NCBI GenBank assembly: GCA_963779415.1
Contig: CAVZYA010000001.1
Location: 864,001 to 928,000, forward strand
DNA from: an uncultured Acidobacteriota bacterium
Lineage (GTDB): Bacteria > Acidobacteriota > Thermoanaerobaculia > UBA5066
DNA: 64,000 nucleotides
Reading direction: 5' to 3'
The notes under the pieces were generated by a model. It ran no database searches. It had not been told where the DNA came from and saw nothing but the letters and a program-made list of their open reading frames with translations. Shown one piece after another: positions 29,895 through 38,908 of this stretch. The translations under genes and the position numbers were made by a program. The first letter of the stretch is position 1, and each line of letters starts with the position of its first letter.

Positions 29895-30809
29895 ATGATC
29901 TTCCTCACAGGTGTCACCGGCTACATCGGCCAGCGGATCGCCCGCCGCCTCACGCGGGCCGGACACTCCATCCGCGGCCTCGTTCCGCCGGACGAGCCCC
30001 TTCCTGCCGGCCTTCCGGGCGTCGAATTCGTCCGGGGCGACCTCCTCGCGCCCGACAGCCTCACGTCGCTGGGCGCGGACGTCACGGCGATCGTCCATTC
30101 CGCCGCCGCCATGCTGCCGAATCCGGCCGAGAAGATACGGACGGTCAACATCGAGGGGACGAGAAACCTCCTCGCGGCCGCCCGCGGCTGGGGAGGCGTT
30201 TCGCGCTTCGTCTATCTCTCGGCGGTCTCGGCCGCTTACGCCGTGAAGAACTGTTATGGCGAGTCGAAGATGGAAGCCGAGCGCCTCATCGCGGCCTCGG
30301 GGCTCCCCTGGGTCGTTCTCCGGCCGACGATGGTCTACGGAGAAGGAGGCGGCCTCCATTTCGCCCGGCTCGTGGACCTGGTCCGGAAAGCTCCGGGCTT
30401 TTTTCCCGTCTTCGGTCCCGGGACGGCGAAGCTGCAGCCGGTGCACGTCCAGGACGTCGCCGACGGCGTCGAGCTCGCCCTCTCCCACCCGGCGGCGCTC
30501 GGGAAGATCTGGGGGGTCGCCGGCGCCACGGTCGTCACGTTCGACGAGCTGGTCCGCCGGATCGGCGCGGGGCTCGGAATCAGCCGTCGCCTCGTCCACG
30601 TGCCTCTCCCGCTCGCGATGGGGGTGGCCCGGACCGCGGTCAGGATCTCTCCCACGTTCTTCCTCACCCCCGAAGCCCTCACCGGCCTGAATCAGGACGC
30701 CGACCTCGACTACCGTCCGTTCGAGGCCGCCTGCGGCTTCAAACCCCGACCGCTGGACGAGGGGCTTTCGGCCGAGTTCGGCCGGCCCGTCACGTTGCCG
30801 GCTTCGTAG
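29895..30809 (+). CDS. NAD-dependent epimerase/dehydratase (atypical SDR)
   Basis: LTGVTGYIG, YGESK, LRPTMVYG, QPVHVQDVA. Confidence 0.88.
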   Translation: MIFLTGVTGYIGQRIARRLTRAGHSIRGLVPPDEPLPAGLPGVEFVRGDLLAPDSLTSLGADVTAIVHSAAAMLPNPAEKIRTVNIEGTRNLLAAARGWGGVSRFVYLSAVSAAYAVKNCYGESKMEAERLIAASGLPWVVLRPTMVYGEGGGLHFARLVDLVRKAPGFFPVFGPGTAKLQPVHVQDVADGVELALSHPAALGKIWGVAGATVVTFDELVRRIGAGLGISRRLVHVPLPLAMGVARTAVRISPTFFLTPEALTGLNQDADLDYRPFEAACGFKPRPLDEGLSAEFGRPVTLPAS

Positions 30810-30895
30810 CCGCCACCCGCCGGACGATCCGCAGCAGACCGGCCGGCTACCCGTCTCCCCTGCGTCCTGAGCGAAAGGAAAATAGACTCCTGTCG

Positions 30896-32794
30896 ATGAG
30901 AAGAGCTTTCGAACTGGCCCTCGCCACCTCCTTTCTCGCCGCGCTTCCGCTCGCGGCCCAGACGCCCGCCCCGGCACCCGACCCTCTCGAAGCCTCCGTG
31001 GCGGCGCTGACGAAGGTCGCCTCGGCCACCTCGCCGAGCCTTTCGCCGGATGGAAAGAGGATCGTCTTCGTCTCGAACGAGAGCGGCCTCCCGCAGGCGT
31101 GGATCGTCCCGGCCTCCGGCGGGAAGCCGGTGCGCCTGACGAAGAGCGAGGATCCGGTGGGCGGCGTGGAGTGGTCGCCGGACGGCTCCCGGATCGCTTA
31201 CACGATCGCGCCGGGAGGCGGGATGAACACGCAGATCTGGCTCGTGGCGCCGGACGGGGCGGATCCGAAGAGGATCACCGACGGAAAGGACGAGACGAAC
31301 CGTCTCGGCCCCTTCCGCCGGGACGGGAAGACGCTGGCGCTCGCGTCGAACCGGCGCTACCGGGCCCGGATCGAGGGATGGATCTACGACCTCGCGACGG
31401 GCTCGTTCACTCTCGCCGCTGAGAACAAGGGCTCCGGCGCCATTCTCGACATGACGCCGGACGGCCGGAAGCTCCTCGTCCTCCGGACGCCGCAGCGGGG
31501 CTTCTCCGATCTCTATCTGGTCGACGCCGTGTCGAAGGCCGAGACGCTCCTGACGCCTCACGAAGGGACCGCGTCGTTCGACGGCCGCCTCTCGCGCGAC
31601 GGGAAGAGCGTTCTCGTCTCGACGAACGCGGGACGGGAGAGGACCGCTTTCGGCCGGGTCGATCTCTCGGGGGAGAAGCCCGGGCCGGTCGAGATCCTCG
31701 ATTCACGCGAGGACGCCGATCTCCTCTCCTTCGTCGTGAACGAGGCGGGAACGCGCGCCGTGCTCCTCTGGAACGTCGCCGGGCGAAGCGACCTCTCCTT
31801 CTACGACCTGAAGGAGGGAAAGCCGACCGCCGGGCCGAAGCTCCCCGGTGAGATCGCCTCCGGCCTCTCCCTCTCGAAGGACGGAAGGACGCTGGCGCTC
31901 GCCGTGACGGGCGCGGCGCTCCCGAGCGACATCTGGGCCCTGCACCTCGCGAGCGGGCGCTTCACGCAGGTCACGTTCAGCCCGCACGACGGCGTCGACC
32001 TCGCGTCCCTCGTCGAGCCCGAGCTCGTGAACATCCCCGGCTACGACGGTCGCCCGATCTGGAGCTGGCTCTACCGGCCGAAGGGGGCCACGGGGCCGGG
32101 CCCGCTCGTCTTCTCCTACCACGGCGGCCCGGAATCGCAGGAGCGCCCCACATTCCGGGCCGACTACCAGGCCCTCCTCGCGAGCGGCATCTCGGTCCTC
32201 GCGCCGAACGTCCGCGGCTCGTCCGGCTTCGGACGGACCTTCCTCGGCCTCGACAACCAGCTGAAGCGGGTCAACGTCCTGCGCGACGTCAAGGCCTGCC
32301 GCGACTGGGCGGTCGAGCGGAAGATCGCCGATCCCGCACGCCTCGGCATCATGGGGGGCTCGTACGGAGGCTGGGTGACGATGGCCGCGCTCACGGCCTA
32401 TCCGGACGACTATGCGGCCGGCGCCGATCTCTTCGGCATCGTCAACTTCCTCAGCTTCTTCCGCGAGACCGAGCCGTGGATGGCCGAGATCTCGAAGGCG
32501 GAGTACGGAGACCCGGACCAGCAGACCGAGCTCCTGAAGAGCCTCTCGCCGCTCTTCAAGCTCGACCTCGTCAAGGCCCCCGTCCTCGTCCTGCACGGGA
32601 AGAACGACACGAACGTCCCGCTCGTGGAGGCCACTCAGCTCGTCGACGTCCTCCGGATGCGGGGGATCCCGGTCGAGTTCGTCCTCTTCCCCGACGAGGG
32701 CCACGGCTTCCGCAGGCTCCCGAACCGGATCCGGGCGACCACCGCGGTCGTCCGCTGGTTCGACAGGTACCTCAAGGCGGCCCGGACCAAGTAA
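30896..32794 (+). CDS. Secreted S9 family (prolyl oligopeptidase/acylaminoacyl-peptidase-like) peptidase
   Basis: Signal peptide, SPDG beta-propeller repeats, HGGPE, GGSYGG, NDTNV, DEGHG triad. Confidence 0.92.
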   Translation: MRRAFELALATSFLAALPLAAQTPAPAPDPLEASVAALTKVASATSPSLSPDGKRIVFVSNESGLPQAWIVPASGGKPVRLTKSEDPVGGVEWSPDGSRIAYTIAPGGGMNTQIWLVAPDGADPKRITDGKDETNRLGPFRRDGKTLALASNRRYRARIEGWIYDLATGSFTLAAENKGSGAILDMTPDGRKLLVLRTPQRGFSDLYLVDAVSKAETLLTPHEGTASFDGRLSRDGKSVLVSTNAGRERTAFGRVDLSGEKPGPVEILDSREDADLLSFVVNEAGTRAVLLWNVAGRSDLSFYDLKEGKPTAGPKLPGEIASGLSLSKDGRTLALAVTGAALPSDIWALHLASGRFTQVTFSPHDGVDLASLVEPELVNIPGYDGRPIWSWLYRPKGATGPGPLVFSYHGGPESQERPTFRADYQALLASGISVLAPNVRGSSGFGRTFLGLDNQLKRVNVLRDVKACRDWAVERKIADPARLGIMGGSYGGWVTMAALTAYPDDYAAGADLFGIVNFLSFFRETEPWMAEISKAEYGDPDQQTELLKSLSPLFKLDLVKAPVLVLHGKNDTNVPLVEATQLVDVLRMRGIPVEFVLFPDEGHGFRRLPNRIRATTAVVRWFDRYLKAARTK

Positions 32795-32806
32795 GCTCCG
32801 CTCTTC

Positions 32807-34105
32807 ATGCAACCGACGGCCGTTCCCGCCGACCGCCCCGAGCCGACGCGCGCCTGGCGCTGGCTCGTCCTCGTCTTCATCAGTGTCGGGATGTTCGGAA
32901 ACTACTATGTCTACGACTGCATCAGCCCGATGGCGGACATCCTGAAGGAGCAGCTCCGCTTCTCGGACGCGAACATCGGGCTGCTCCAGGCCATCTACTC
33001 CATTCCGAACATCTTCATGGTGCTGCTCGGCGGCGTCCTGATCGACCGGATCGGGTCCCGCAAGGCCATGCTCCTCTTCGGCGCCCTCTGCTTCGTCGGC
33101 GCCGGCATCACCGCCGCCTCGAGCACGCTGCCGCTGATGGCCGCGGGCCGGCTCGTCTTCGGCCTCGGGGCCGAGTCGATGATCGTCTCGACGAACACCG
33201 GAATCGCCCGCTGGTTCAAGGGGAAGGAGCTGAGCTTCGCCTTCGGGGTCAATCTGACGATCGCTCGCCTCGGCTCGTTCGCCGCGCTCAACTCGCCGAG
33301 CTGGGCGAAGGCCGCGTTCGCGAGCTGGAAGATGCCGCTCCTGATCTCGGTCGGCTTCGCGACCTTCTGCGTCCTCGGTCCGGCCATCTACTACGCCCTC
33401 GAGGCCGGTGCCGAGAAGCGGTTCGCGCTCGGCAAGGAAGGCTCGACCGACAAGGTCGTCTGGAGGGACGTCTTCAACTTCAGCGCCTCGTACTGGTTCA
33501 TCGTCGCGCTCTGCATCACCTTCTACTCGGGCATCTTCCCGTTCCAGACGTTCGCCGTGAAGTTCTTCATGGAGGCGCACGGCGTCAGCCGCGAGTTCGG
33601 CGGTTTTCTGTCGAGCCTGCTGACCCTCTTCGCCATGATCGGGACGCCGCTCTTCGGCCTTTTCGCGGACCGGATCGGCAAGCGGGCCCTTCTCATGATG
33701 TACGGCTCGCTTCTCCTGATCCCCGTCTACCTCCTGATGGGCTACACGCACGTCTCGCTCTACGTTCCGATGGCGATCATGGGGATCGCCTTCTCCCTCA
33801 TCCCCGCCGTCATGTGGCCGTCGGTCGCCTACGTCGTCCCGGAGCAGAAGCTCGGCACGGCCTACGGGCTCATGACCCTCATTCAGAACGTCGGGCTCGC
33901 CGGCTTCAACCTCCTGATCGGCTGGGCGAACGACGTCTCGAACGCGAGCGCGACGAACCCGACCGGCTACCGGCTGGGAATGTGGCTCTTCTCCAGCCTC
34001 GGCTTCTTCGGCCTCCTCTTCGCGTGGCTCCTCCATCGCCGCGAAACCGGCCCGCACGGGCACGGCCTCGAGACGATCACGACGGCCGGCGAAACGAAGA
34101 AGTGA
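32807..34105 (+). CDS. MFS transporter resembling eukaryotic MFSD1
   Basis: About 12 TM segments. FGNYYVYD, YSIPN, GRLVFGLGAES, WFKGKEL..FG..L..ARLGS. Confidence 0.85.
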   Translation: MQPTAVPADRPEPTRAWRWLVLVFISVGMFGNYYVYDCISPMADILKEQLRFSDANIGLLQAIYSIPNIFMVLLGGVLIDRIGSRKAMLLFGALCFVGAGITAASSTLPLMAAGRLVFGLGAESMIVSTNTGIARWFKGKELSFAFGVNLTIARLGSFAALNSPSWAKAAFASWKMPLLISVGFATFCVLGPAIYYALEAGAEKRFALGKEGSTDKVVWRDVFNFSASYWFIVALCITFYSGIFPFQTFAVKFFMEAHGVSREFGGFLSSLLTLFAMIGTPLFGLFADRIGKRALLMMYGSLLLIPVYLLMGYTHVSLYVPMAIMGIAFSLIPAVMWPSVAYVVPEQKLGTAYGLMTLIQNVGLAGFNLLIGWANDVSNASATNPTGYRLGMWLFSSLGFFGLLFAWLLHRRETGPHGHGLETITTAGETKK

Positions 34106-34808
34106 CCCGGCCCCTCGCGCTCTCGCGTCCGCGGGCGAACCGGCAATCCTCCCGGAGCGGGCACCTTTCGCACCCCGGTCCGGAGCGCGTGCAGAGCTCC
34201 AGTCCGTGGCGGCGCAGGAGGCGATGGGTCGTCATCAGGACGTCCAGATCGTCTCCCAGCTCCCGGGCCGCCAGGTCGCAGGCCGCGGAATAGGACGCCG
34301 CGTAGCTCGTCTCCTCGCCGAGAAGGCCCAGCCGCGTCAGGACGCGCAGGCCGTTCGACTCCGGCGCGAGGGTGGGATGGCGCCGCAGGAAGAGGAGGAT
34401 CTTCTCGGCTCCGGGATTGCCGATCCCGGGGAACTTCCGGAGCGCCTTCCGGGCCGCCGGGACCGGCCCGGCCACGACCCGGTCGAGGTTTCCGCCGTAT
34501 TCGTCGACGGCGATCCGGGCCGCTTCACGCAGCTTCCCGGCGAACCGTTCCGCCAGGATGCCGTGTTCGGTCACGGCGCGGAGAGCCGAGACCCGCGCCT
34601 TGAGGATCGCCGCCGGCGTCGTCCCGACGGTGGACTTCAGAAGGGCAAGGGCCTTCGAGCGCCGCTCGTCATCGGCGAGATACGCCACGCTTTCCCAGAG
34701 GACCATCTCGAAAGCCCCGCTCGTCGGAGGCGCCGCCGGAGGACCGTAATGCGAGGCGAGCTTCCGGACGATCGTCTCCAGGGGAGGAGCTTCGGCGTTC
34801 ACCGGCAT
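34077..34808 (-). CDS. HhH-GPD/endonuclease III-like protein with C-terminal 4Fe-4S motif
   Basis: LRKFPGIG helix-hairpin-helix, C-x6-C-x2-C-x5-C (CTRSGPGCERCPLREDC). Confidence 0.75.
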   Translation of the reverse strand: MPVNAEAPPLETIVRKLASHYGPPAAPPTSGAFEMVLWESVAYLADDERRSKALALLKSTVGTTPAAILKARVSALRAVTEHGILAERFAGKLREAARIAVDEYGGNLDRVVAGPVPAARKALRKFPGIGNPGAEKILLFLRRHPTLAPESNGLRVLTRLGLLGEETSYAASYSAACDLAARELGDDLDVLMTTHRLLRRHGLELCTRSGPGCERCPLREDCRFARGRESARGRVTSSFRRPS

Positions 34809-34876
34809 CCCCCCATTCTGAACCTGTCCGGCCCGGAGGAGGACCCGGGGAAGCTTTCGGGGGCGAGTCGGGGGTC

Positions 34877-35611
34877 TCACTCCTCCCGCGCCGTCGCCGG
34901 ATCGAGCCAGCGGTCGGGAACCGGGCGCTTCCTCCAGTCGAGATACTCGACCACGGTCGTTCCGGGCCGGAGGGTGTCGACGATCGTCATCCTCCTGAGA
35001 ACGAGGGCTCCCCGTTCCGTCCCGTAGGCATCGAACGTCGCCTCCTTCGCCGTCCGGCCGGACGCGAGGAGAAAGACGGCCTTCCGGTAGAGCCCTTGCT
35101 TCTCGTCGATCCAGACCCGGACGACGGGATAGGAGATGGAGACCCCCTTGCGCGCCATCAGGCGGAGGACCGCGCATTTCATTCCCGCGAGTTCGTCCTC
35201 GCGCTCGAAGAAGGCGTCGTAGTCCTCGGAAAAGCCGGCCTCGGCCACCTCCGCCGCCGAAAGCCCGCCGCGGAGGCGCTGGCTCGCCGGCACCCGGATC
35301 GGGTTCTTCGCCGTCGGCAGGAGAAGCCACGTTTCCCGGCCGCTCATGACGACGAATTTCCCCTCGTCGGAGGGCTCGAGGAACTTCAGGCGCGATCTCC
35401 GCCCCTTCACGGCCACTTCGAACCGCGCCGGGGCCGGTTCCGGCGCTCCGGGCTTCGCGCCGGAGACCGTGACACGGATCGTGACGACCCCTTCCCCGAA
35501 CTCCCTCCGGACCCGCTCGGCACGCGTGAGGAGCGCGGCCGGATCGGGGGGCGCCGCGAGGCCCGCCGCCGCGACGAAGAGCGCGAGCGCCGTCCCGCGG
35601 AGGTCAGACAT
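34877..35611 (-). CDS. Outer-membrane lipoprotein-sorting (LolA-like) protein
   Basis: Signal peptide, KFLEP..EG, QRLRG, PDRWLDP. Last gene of an ABC operon. Confidence 0.75.
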   Translation of the reverse strand: MSDLRGTALALFVAAAGLAAPPDPAALLTRAERVRREFGEGVVTIRVTVSGAKPGAPEPAPARFEVAVKGRRSRLKFLEPSDEGKFVVMSGRETWLLLPTAKNPIRVPASQRLRGGLSAAEVAEAGFSEDYDAFFEREDELAGMKCAVLRLMARKGVSISYPVVRVWIDEKQGLYRKAVFLLASGRTAKEATFDAYGTERGALVLRRMTIVDTLRPGTTVVEYLDWRKRPVPDRWLDPATAREE

Positions 35612-36836
35612 GCGCCAGCGCCTCGACCGGGTTCAGGCGAGAGGCCCGCCGCGCCGGCCACCAGGAGGCGACGAGGAGCGTCGCCGTCATCAGGAGGAAG
35701 CCCGCGGCGTAAGCGATCGGGAAGAAGCGGATGAAGAGGAGCGTGCCGCGGGTTCCCCCCGGCGGCGGCGGCATCTGGATCGAGAGAGCGTTCAGTCCGG
35801 CGCGGAGGACGAGCGAGAGGAGAGCGCCGACGAGCGTTCCCGCCGCGGCGAGAAGGAGGCCTTCGAGGAGGAAGAGCTTCTTCACCTGCCCGCGCTCCAT
35901 CCCGATCGCGAGGAGCGTCCCCATCTCTCGCGTCCGCTCGAAGACCGACATCGTCATCGTGTTGGCGACCGCGAGGATGACGACGACGGCGAGAACGATC
36001 CCGGTGAAGAAGAAGATCCCGATGTAGAGGAGGCGGACCTGCTTGTAGAAGGCGGCCGTCTCGAGCCACGTCTTGACCGCGACCGGCCGCCCGGCGGCGC
36101 GCGCGACCTCGGCCAGCGAACGGGCGACGGCGTCGGTCTCCTCGTCGTGCGAGAGCCGGACGGCGAGGACGTTGACCTTCCCCTCCGCCTTCAGGAGCCG
36201 CGCGGCGGCCCGGTAAGGAAGGAAGAGGACCCGGTCGTCCATCTCCTTGACGGGATACTGGAGGATCCCGACCACGGTCGCGTCCACCGCGTTCAGCGAC
36301 CCGTCGGTCGCGGTCGTCATCACCGTGATGAGATCGCCGGGCCTGGCGCCGAGCGAGCGCGCGAGCCCGGCTCCGAGCATCACGTCGTCGGCGTCGGGGT
36401 TCGAGAAGAAGCGCCCCGCGATGACCAGGTCGGGGGCGAAGCCGGAGGCGCGCTCCAGCTCCGGCTCGGTCCCGGTGCCGAGGTAGCCAACGCTCCGATC
36501 GCCCTTCGCCGCGAGACCGAAGAAGGAGAGCTTCGGCATCACCCGGACGACGCGGGGGTCCTTCCGGACGAGGCGCGCGAGCCCTTCCCAGTCGTCGAGG
36601 AGGTAGCTCTGCGCCTCCTCGTCCGTCTTTCCCTCGGCCCGCGGGTCGAAGAGCCGGACGTGCCCGCCGAGGGCGTCGATCGTCGCGAACCGGAGCGCCT
36701 CGAAGGTCTGGACGATGAAGCCGGCCGTCATCGTCACGGCGACGAATCCGACGACGACGATGGAGCCCGTCAGGAGCGTCCGGCGGCGGTGGCGGAGGAG
36801 GTTCCGCCCCGCGAATCGCCACCAGCGGAGGCTCAC
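35604..36836 (-). CDS. FtsX/LolE/MacB-like ABC permease
   Basis: RNLLRHRRRT, NTMTMSVFERTREMGTL, PARRASRLNPVEAL. Confidence 0.88.
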   Translation of the reverse strand: MSLRWWRFAGRNLLRHRRRTLLTGSIVVVGFVAVTMTAGFIVQTFEALRFATIDALGGHVRLFDPRAEGKTDEEAQSYLLDDWEGLARLVRKDPRVVRVMPKLSFFGLAAKGDRSVGYLGTGTEPELERASGFAPDLVIAGRFFSNPDADDVMLGAGLARSLGARPGDLITVMTTATDGSLNAVDATVVGILQYPVKEMDDRVLFLPYRAAARLLKAEGKVNVLAVRLSHDEETDAVARSLAEVARAAGRPVAVKTWLETAAFYKQVRLLYIGIFFFTGIVLAVVVILAVANTMTMSVFERTREMGTLLAIGMERGQVKKLFLLEGLLLAAAGTLVGALLSLVLRAGLNALSIQMPPPPGGTRGTLLFIRFFPIAYAAGFLLMTATLLVASWWPARRASRLNPVEALAHV

Positions 36837-37537
36837 GCGAACTCTCCCCCGGGGGTCGCCGCCGAATCCGATTCGATCCGCCCGTCGCGGAGCTTCAGCC
36901 GGCGGCGCGCCCGGGAGACGATGGCCGGGTCGTGGCTCGAAAAGACGAACGCCACGCCCCGGTCGCGATGAAGCGCATCGAAGAGGTCGAGGAGCTTCAG
37001 GGCCGTCTCGGAGTCGAGGGAGGCCGTCGGCTCGTCGGCGAGGATGACCGCCGGTTTCCCGACGAGAGCCCGCGCGACGGCCACGCGCTGGCGCTCCCCT
37101 CCCGAAAGGGCGTCGGGGCGGCGGTCGGCGAGGCGGGAGAGACCGACGGCGTCGAGCGCTTCGAGGGCCCGCCGGCGGCACTCGGCTTCCGGGACGTTCC
37201 GGATCCAGAGCGCGACGGCCACGTTCTCGGCCGCCGAGAGAACCGGAACGAGCTGGTGGGCCTGGAAGACGAACCCGATCCGCTCACGTCGGAGACGGGA
37301 CCGTTCCCGGTCGCCCTGTGCCGAGACGTCACGCCCTTCGAAAAGAAGCGTTCCCTCGTCGGGGCGGTCGAGCAGTCCGAGAAGGTTGAGGAGCGTCGTC
37401 TTCCCGCTTCCGGAGGGCCCGGCGAGAACCGCGAACTCGGCCGCCCCGACGGAGAGCGTCGCGTCCCGTATCCCCGCCACCCTCTCCTCGCCGAGGCGGT
37501 AGATGCGGGTCAGGCCGCGCGCCTCGACGATCTCCAC
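36833..37537 (-). CDS. LolD-like ABC ATP-binding protein
   Basis: GPSGSGKTT, IGFVFQ, LSGGERQR, ADEPTASLD. Confidence 0.92.
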   Translation of the reverse strand: MEIVEARGLTRIYRLGEERVAGIRDATLSVGAAEFAVLAGPSGSGKTTLLNLLGLLDRPDEGTLLFEGRDVSAQGDRERSRLRRERIGFVFQAHQLVPVLSAAENVAVALWIRNVPEAECRRRALEALDAVGLSRLADRRPDALSGGERQRVAVARALVGKPAVILADEPTASLDSETALKLLDLFDALHRDRGVAFVFSSHDPAIVSRARRRLKLRDGRIESDSAATPGGEFA

Positions 37538-37573
37538 ATGACGAGTATAGGGAAGGCGCGCGGCCCGCCCTCG

Positions 37574-38512
37574 TCAGAACGAGAACGTCAGCCCCGCGCT
37601 GACGACGGCGTACTCGGTCTGGAATCCGTTCAGGTTCCTGAAGGTCGGGATCAGAACGGCCGCGCGCGCCACGACGTCCTCTCCGAGACTCACGAGAACC
37701 CGCGGAGTGACGTAGAGCAGCGCGCCGCCAGTGTCCGGATCCTGACTTCCCGCGGCGTCCACCGTGTCCTTCCCCGCCCATCTGTAGTTCAGTTCGAGAA
37801 CCGCGTCCACGACCCGGCCGAGCTTTCTCTCGTAGCCGAGATTGGCGAGGAAGATCCGGCCGTACTGATAGGCGTAGGGATTCGTCCCCGTCCATCGGAA
37901 TTGAACGGAACCGAAGACCGACGATCCGGCGTCGATCAGGTAGAACCCCCCGATTCCGCCGAAGACGTCCGTGGAGCCCGTTCCCGGCTGCACGTGCTCG
38001 TCCAGCCGGACGCCGTCGGGGCCGGTGAGGTCGTTCCGTCCCCAGGGCGTCTTCACTCCGACCTGCGCGGAGACCCAGGCGCGGCGGCCGACGCCGCGGA
38101 CCATGTCCGACGCCCAGAGACGGACCCAGGCGAAGAACTCCGGATCCGAGAGACCGTTCGTCCGGGTGACGTCCGACAGCTCGTCGCCCGTCGTCGTCAT
38201 CGTCTTGAAGCTGTACGGGACCCGGGCCACGAGATTGATCCGTTCCCCGAGCGAATACGACATCGTCGCGGTGATGCCGTTCTGGACCTCGGATTCCGCG
38301 TCCCCGGGAGGACCCTGGGATTTCTCCATCCTGTCCCAGTCGACGGCGACACGGAAGGCACCTGCCTGGAAGACGTCCGTCCCGAGGGCGTTGAAGGTGG
38401 CATCGCCGCAGCGGCACATGGAGCACGAGAGTCCCGTCGACGGTGCCGCGAGGATCAGGAGGATCGGAACAACCGGAGAGAGGCGCCCGTTTCCGAAGAG
38501 AAGCCTTCTCAT
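37574..38512 (-). CDS. Putative outer-membrane beta-barrel transporter with N-terminal CxxCxC motif
   Basis: Signal peptide then CSMCRCG. GLSD, VKTPWG, QPGTGS motifs, alternating beta strands, terminal Phe. Confidence 0.75.
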   Translation of the reverse strand: MRRLLFGNGRLSPVVPILLILAAPSTGLSCSMCRCGDATFNALGTDVFQAGAFRVAVDWDRMEKSQGPPGDAESEVQNGITATMSYSLGERINLVARVPYSFKTMTTTGDELSDVTRTNGLSDPEFFAWVRLWASDMVRGVGRRAWVSAQVGVKTPWGRNDLTGPDGVRLDEHVQPGTGSTDVFGGIGGFYLIDAGSSVFGSVQFRWTGTNPYAYQYGRIFLANLGYERKLGRVVDAVLELNYRWAGKDTVDAAGSQDPDTGGALLYVTPRVLVSLGEDVVARAAVLIPTFRNLNGFQTEYAVVSAGLTFSF

Positions 38513-38565
38513 CCTGAGACTCCTTCCGAGGCGCCCTGGCCGGAAGGCTGATAATCTCCTTTCCC

Positions 38566-38862
38566 GTGAAGACGAAGGCCCTGCGCCGGACCCTCGCCGT
38601 GGCGGCGATTCTCGTCATCGTAATCGTATTCGCGCTCGAGGGGTTCCCGCACAACCACGTCGGCAGCGTGGACGGCCGTGACTGCCCCGCCTGCCAGGCG
38701 GCCCGGCAGCACGTCGGCGACGCCCCGCAATCCTCCCGCGCCCTTCTCCTCTTCACGAGGGTCGGGTCGCCGCTACCGGGCGAGCCCGCGATCGAGCGGG
38801 TCTCCGCCCCGTCCTTTGTCTCCAGCTCCTCCCCCCGAAGCCCTCCCTCCGTCTCCGTCTGA
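38566..38862 (+). CDS. Leader peptide, DUF2946/CruR-like (TM-HxH-CxxC-RSPP)
   Basis: Hydrophobic segment, HNH, CPAC, PRSPP near the C-terminus. Ends 46 nt before the outer-membrane gene. Confidence 0.75.
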   Translation: MKTKALRRTLAVAAILVIVIVFALEGFPHNHVGSVDGRDCPACQAARQHVGDAPQSSRALLLFTRVGSPLPGEPAIERVSAPSFVSSSSPRSPPSVSV

Positions 38863-38908
38863 CGCGCGTTTCCCTCCACCGACCAGACGCCGCAGCAAGG
38901 AGAATCCC

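Noticed and set aside
29342-30895. Long N-terminal extension of the S9 peptidase (1150-aa ORF)
   Set aside because: Arg/Pro-rich shadow frame over two real genes. The signal peptide starts at 30896.
38513-38565. Fur/Zur box in the divergent promoter
   Set aside because: Only a single GATAAT with no palindrome, better explained as a -10 element.
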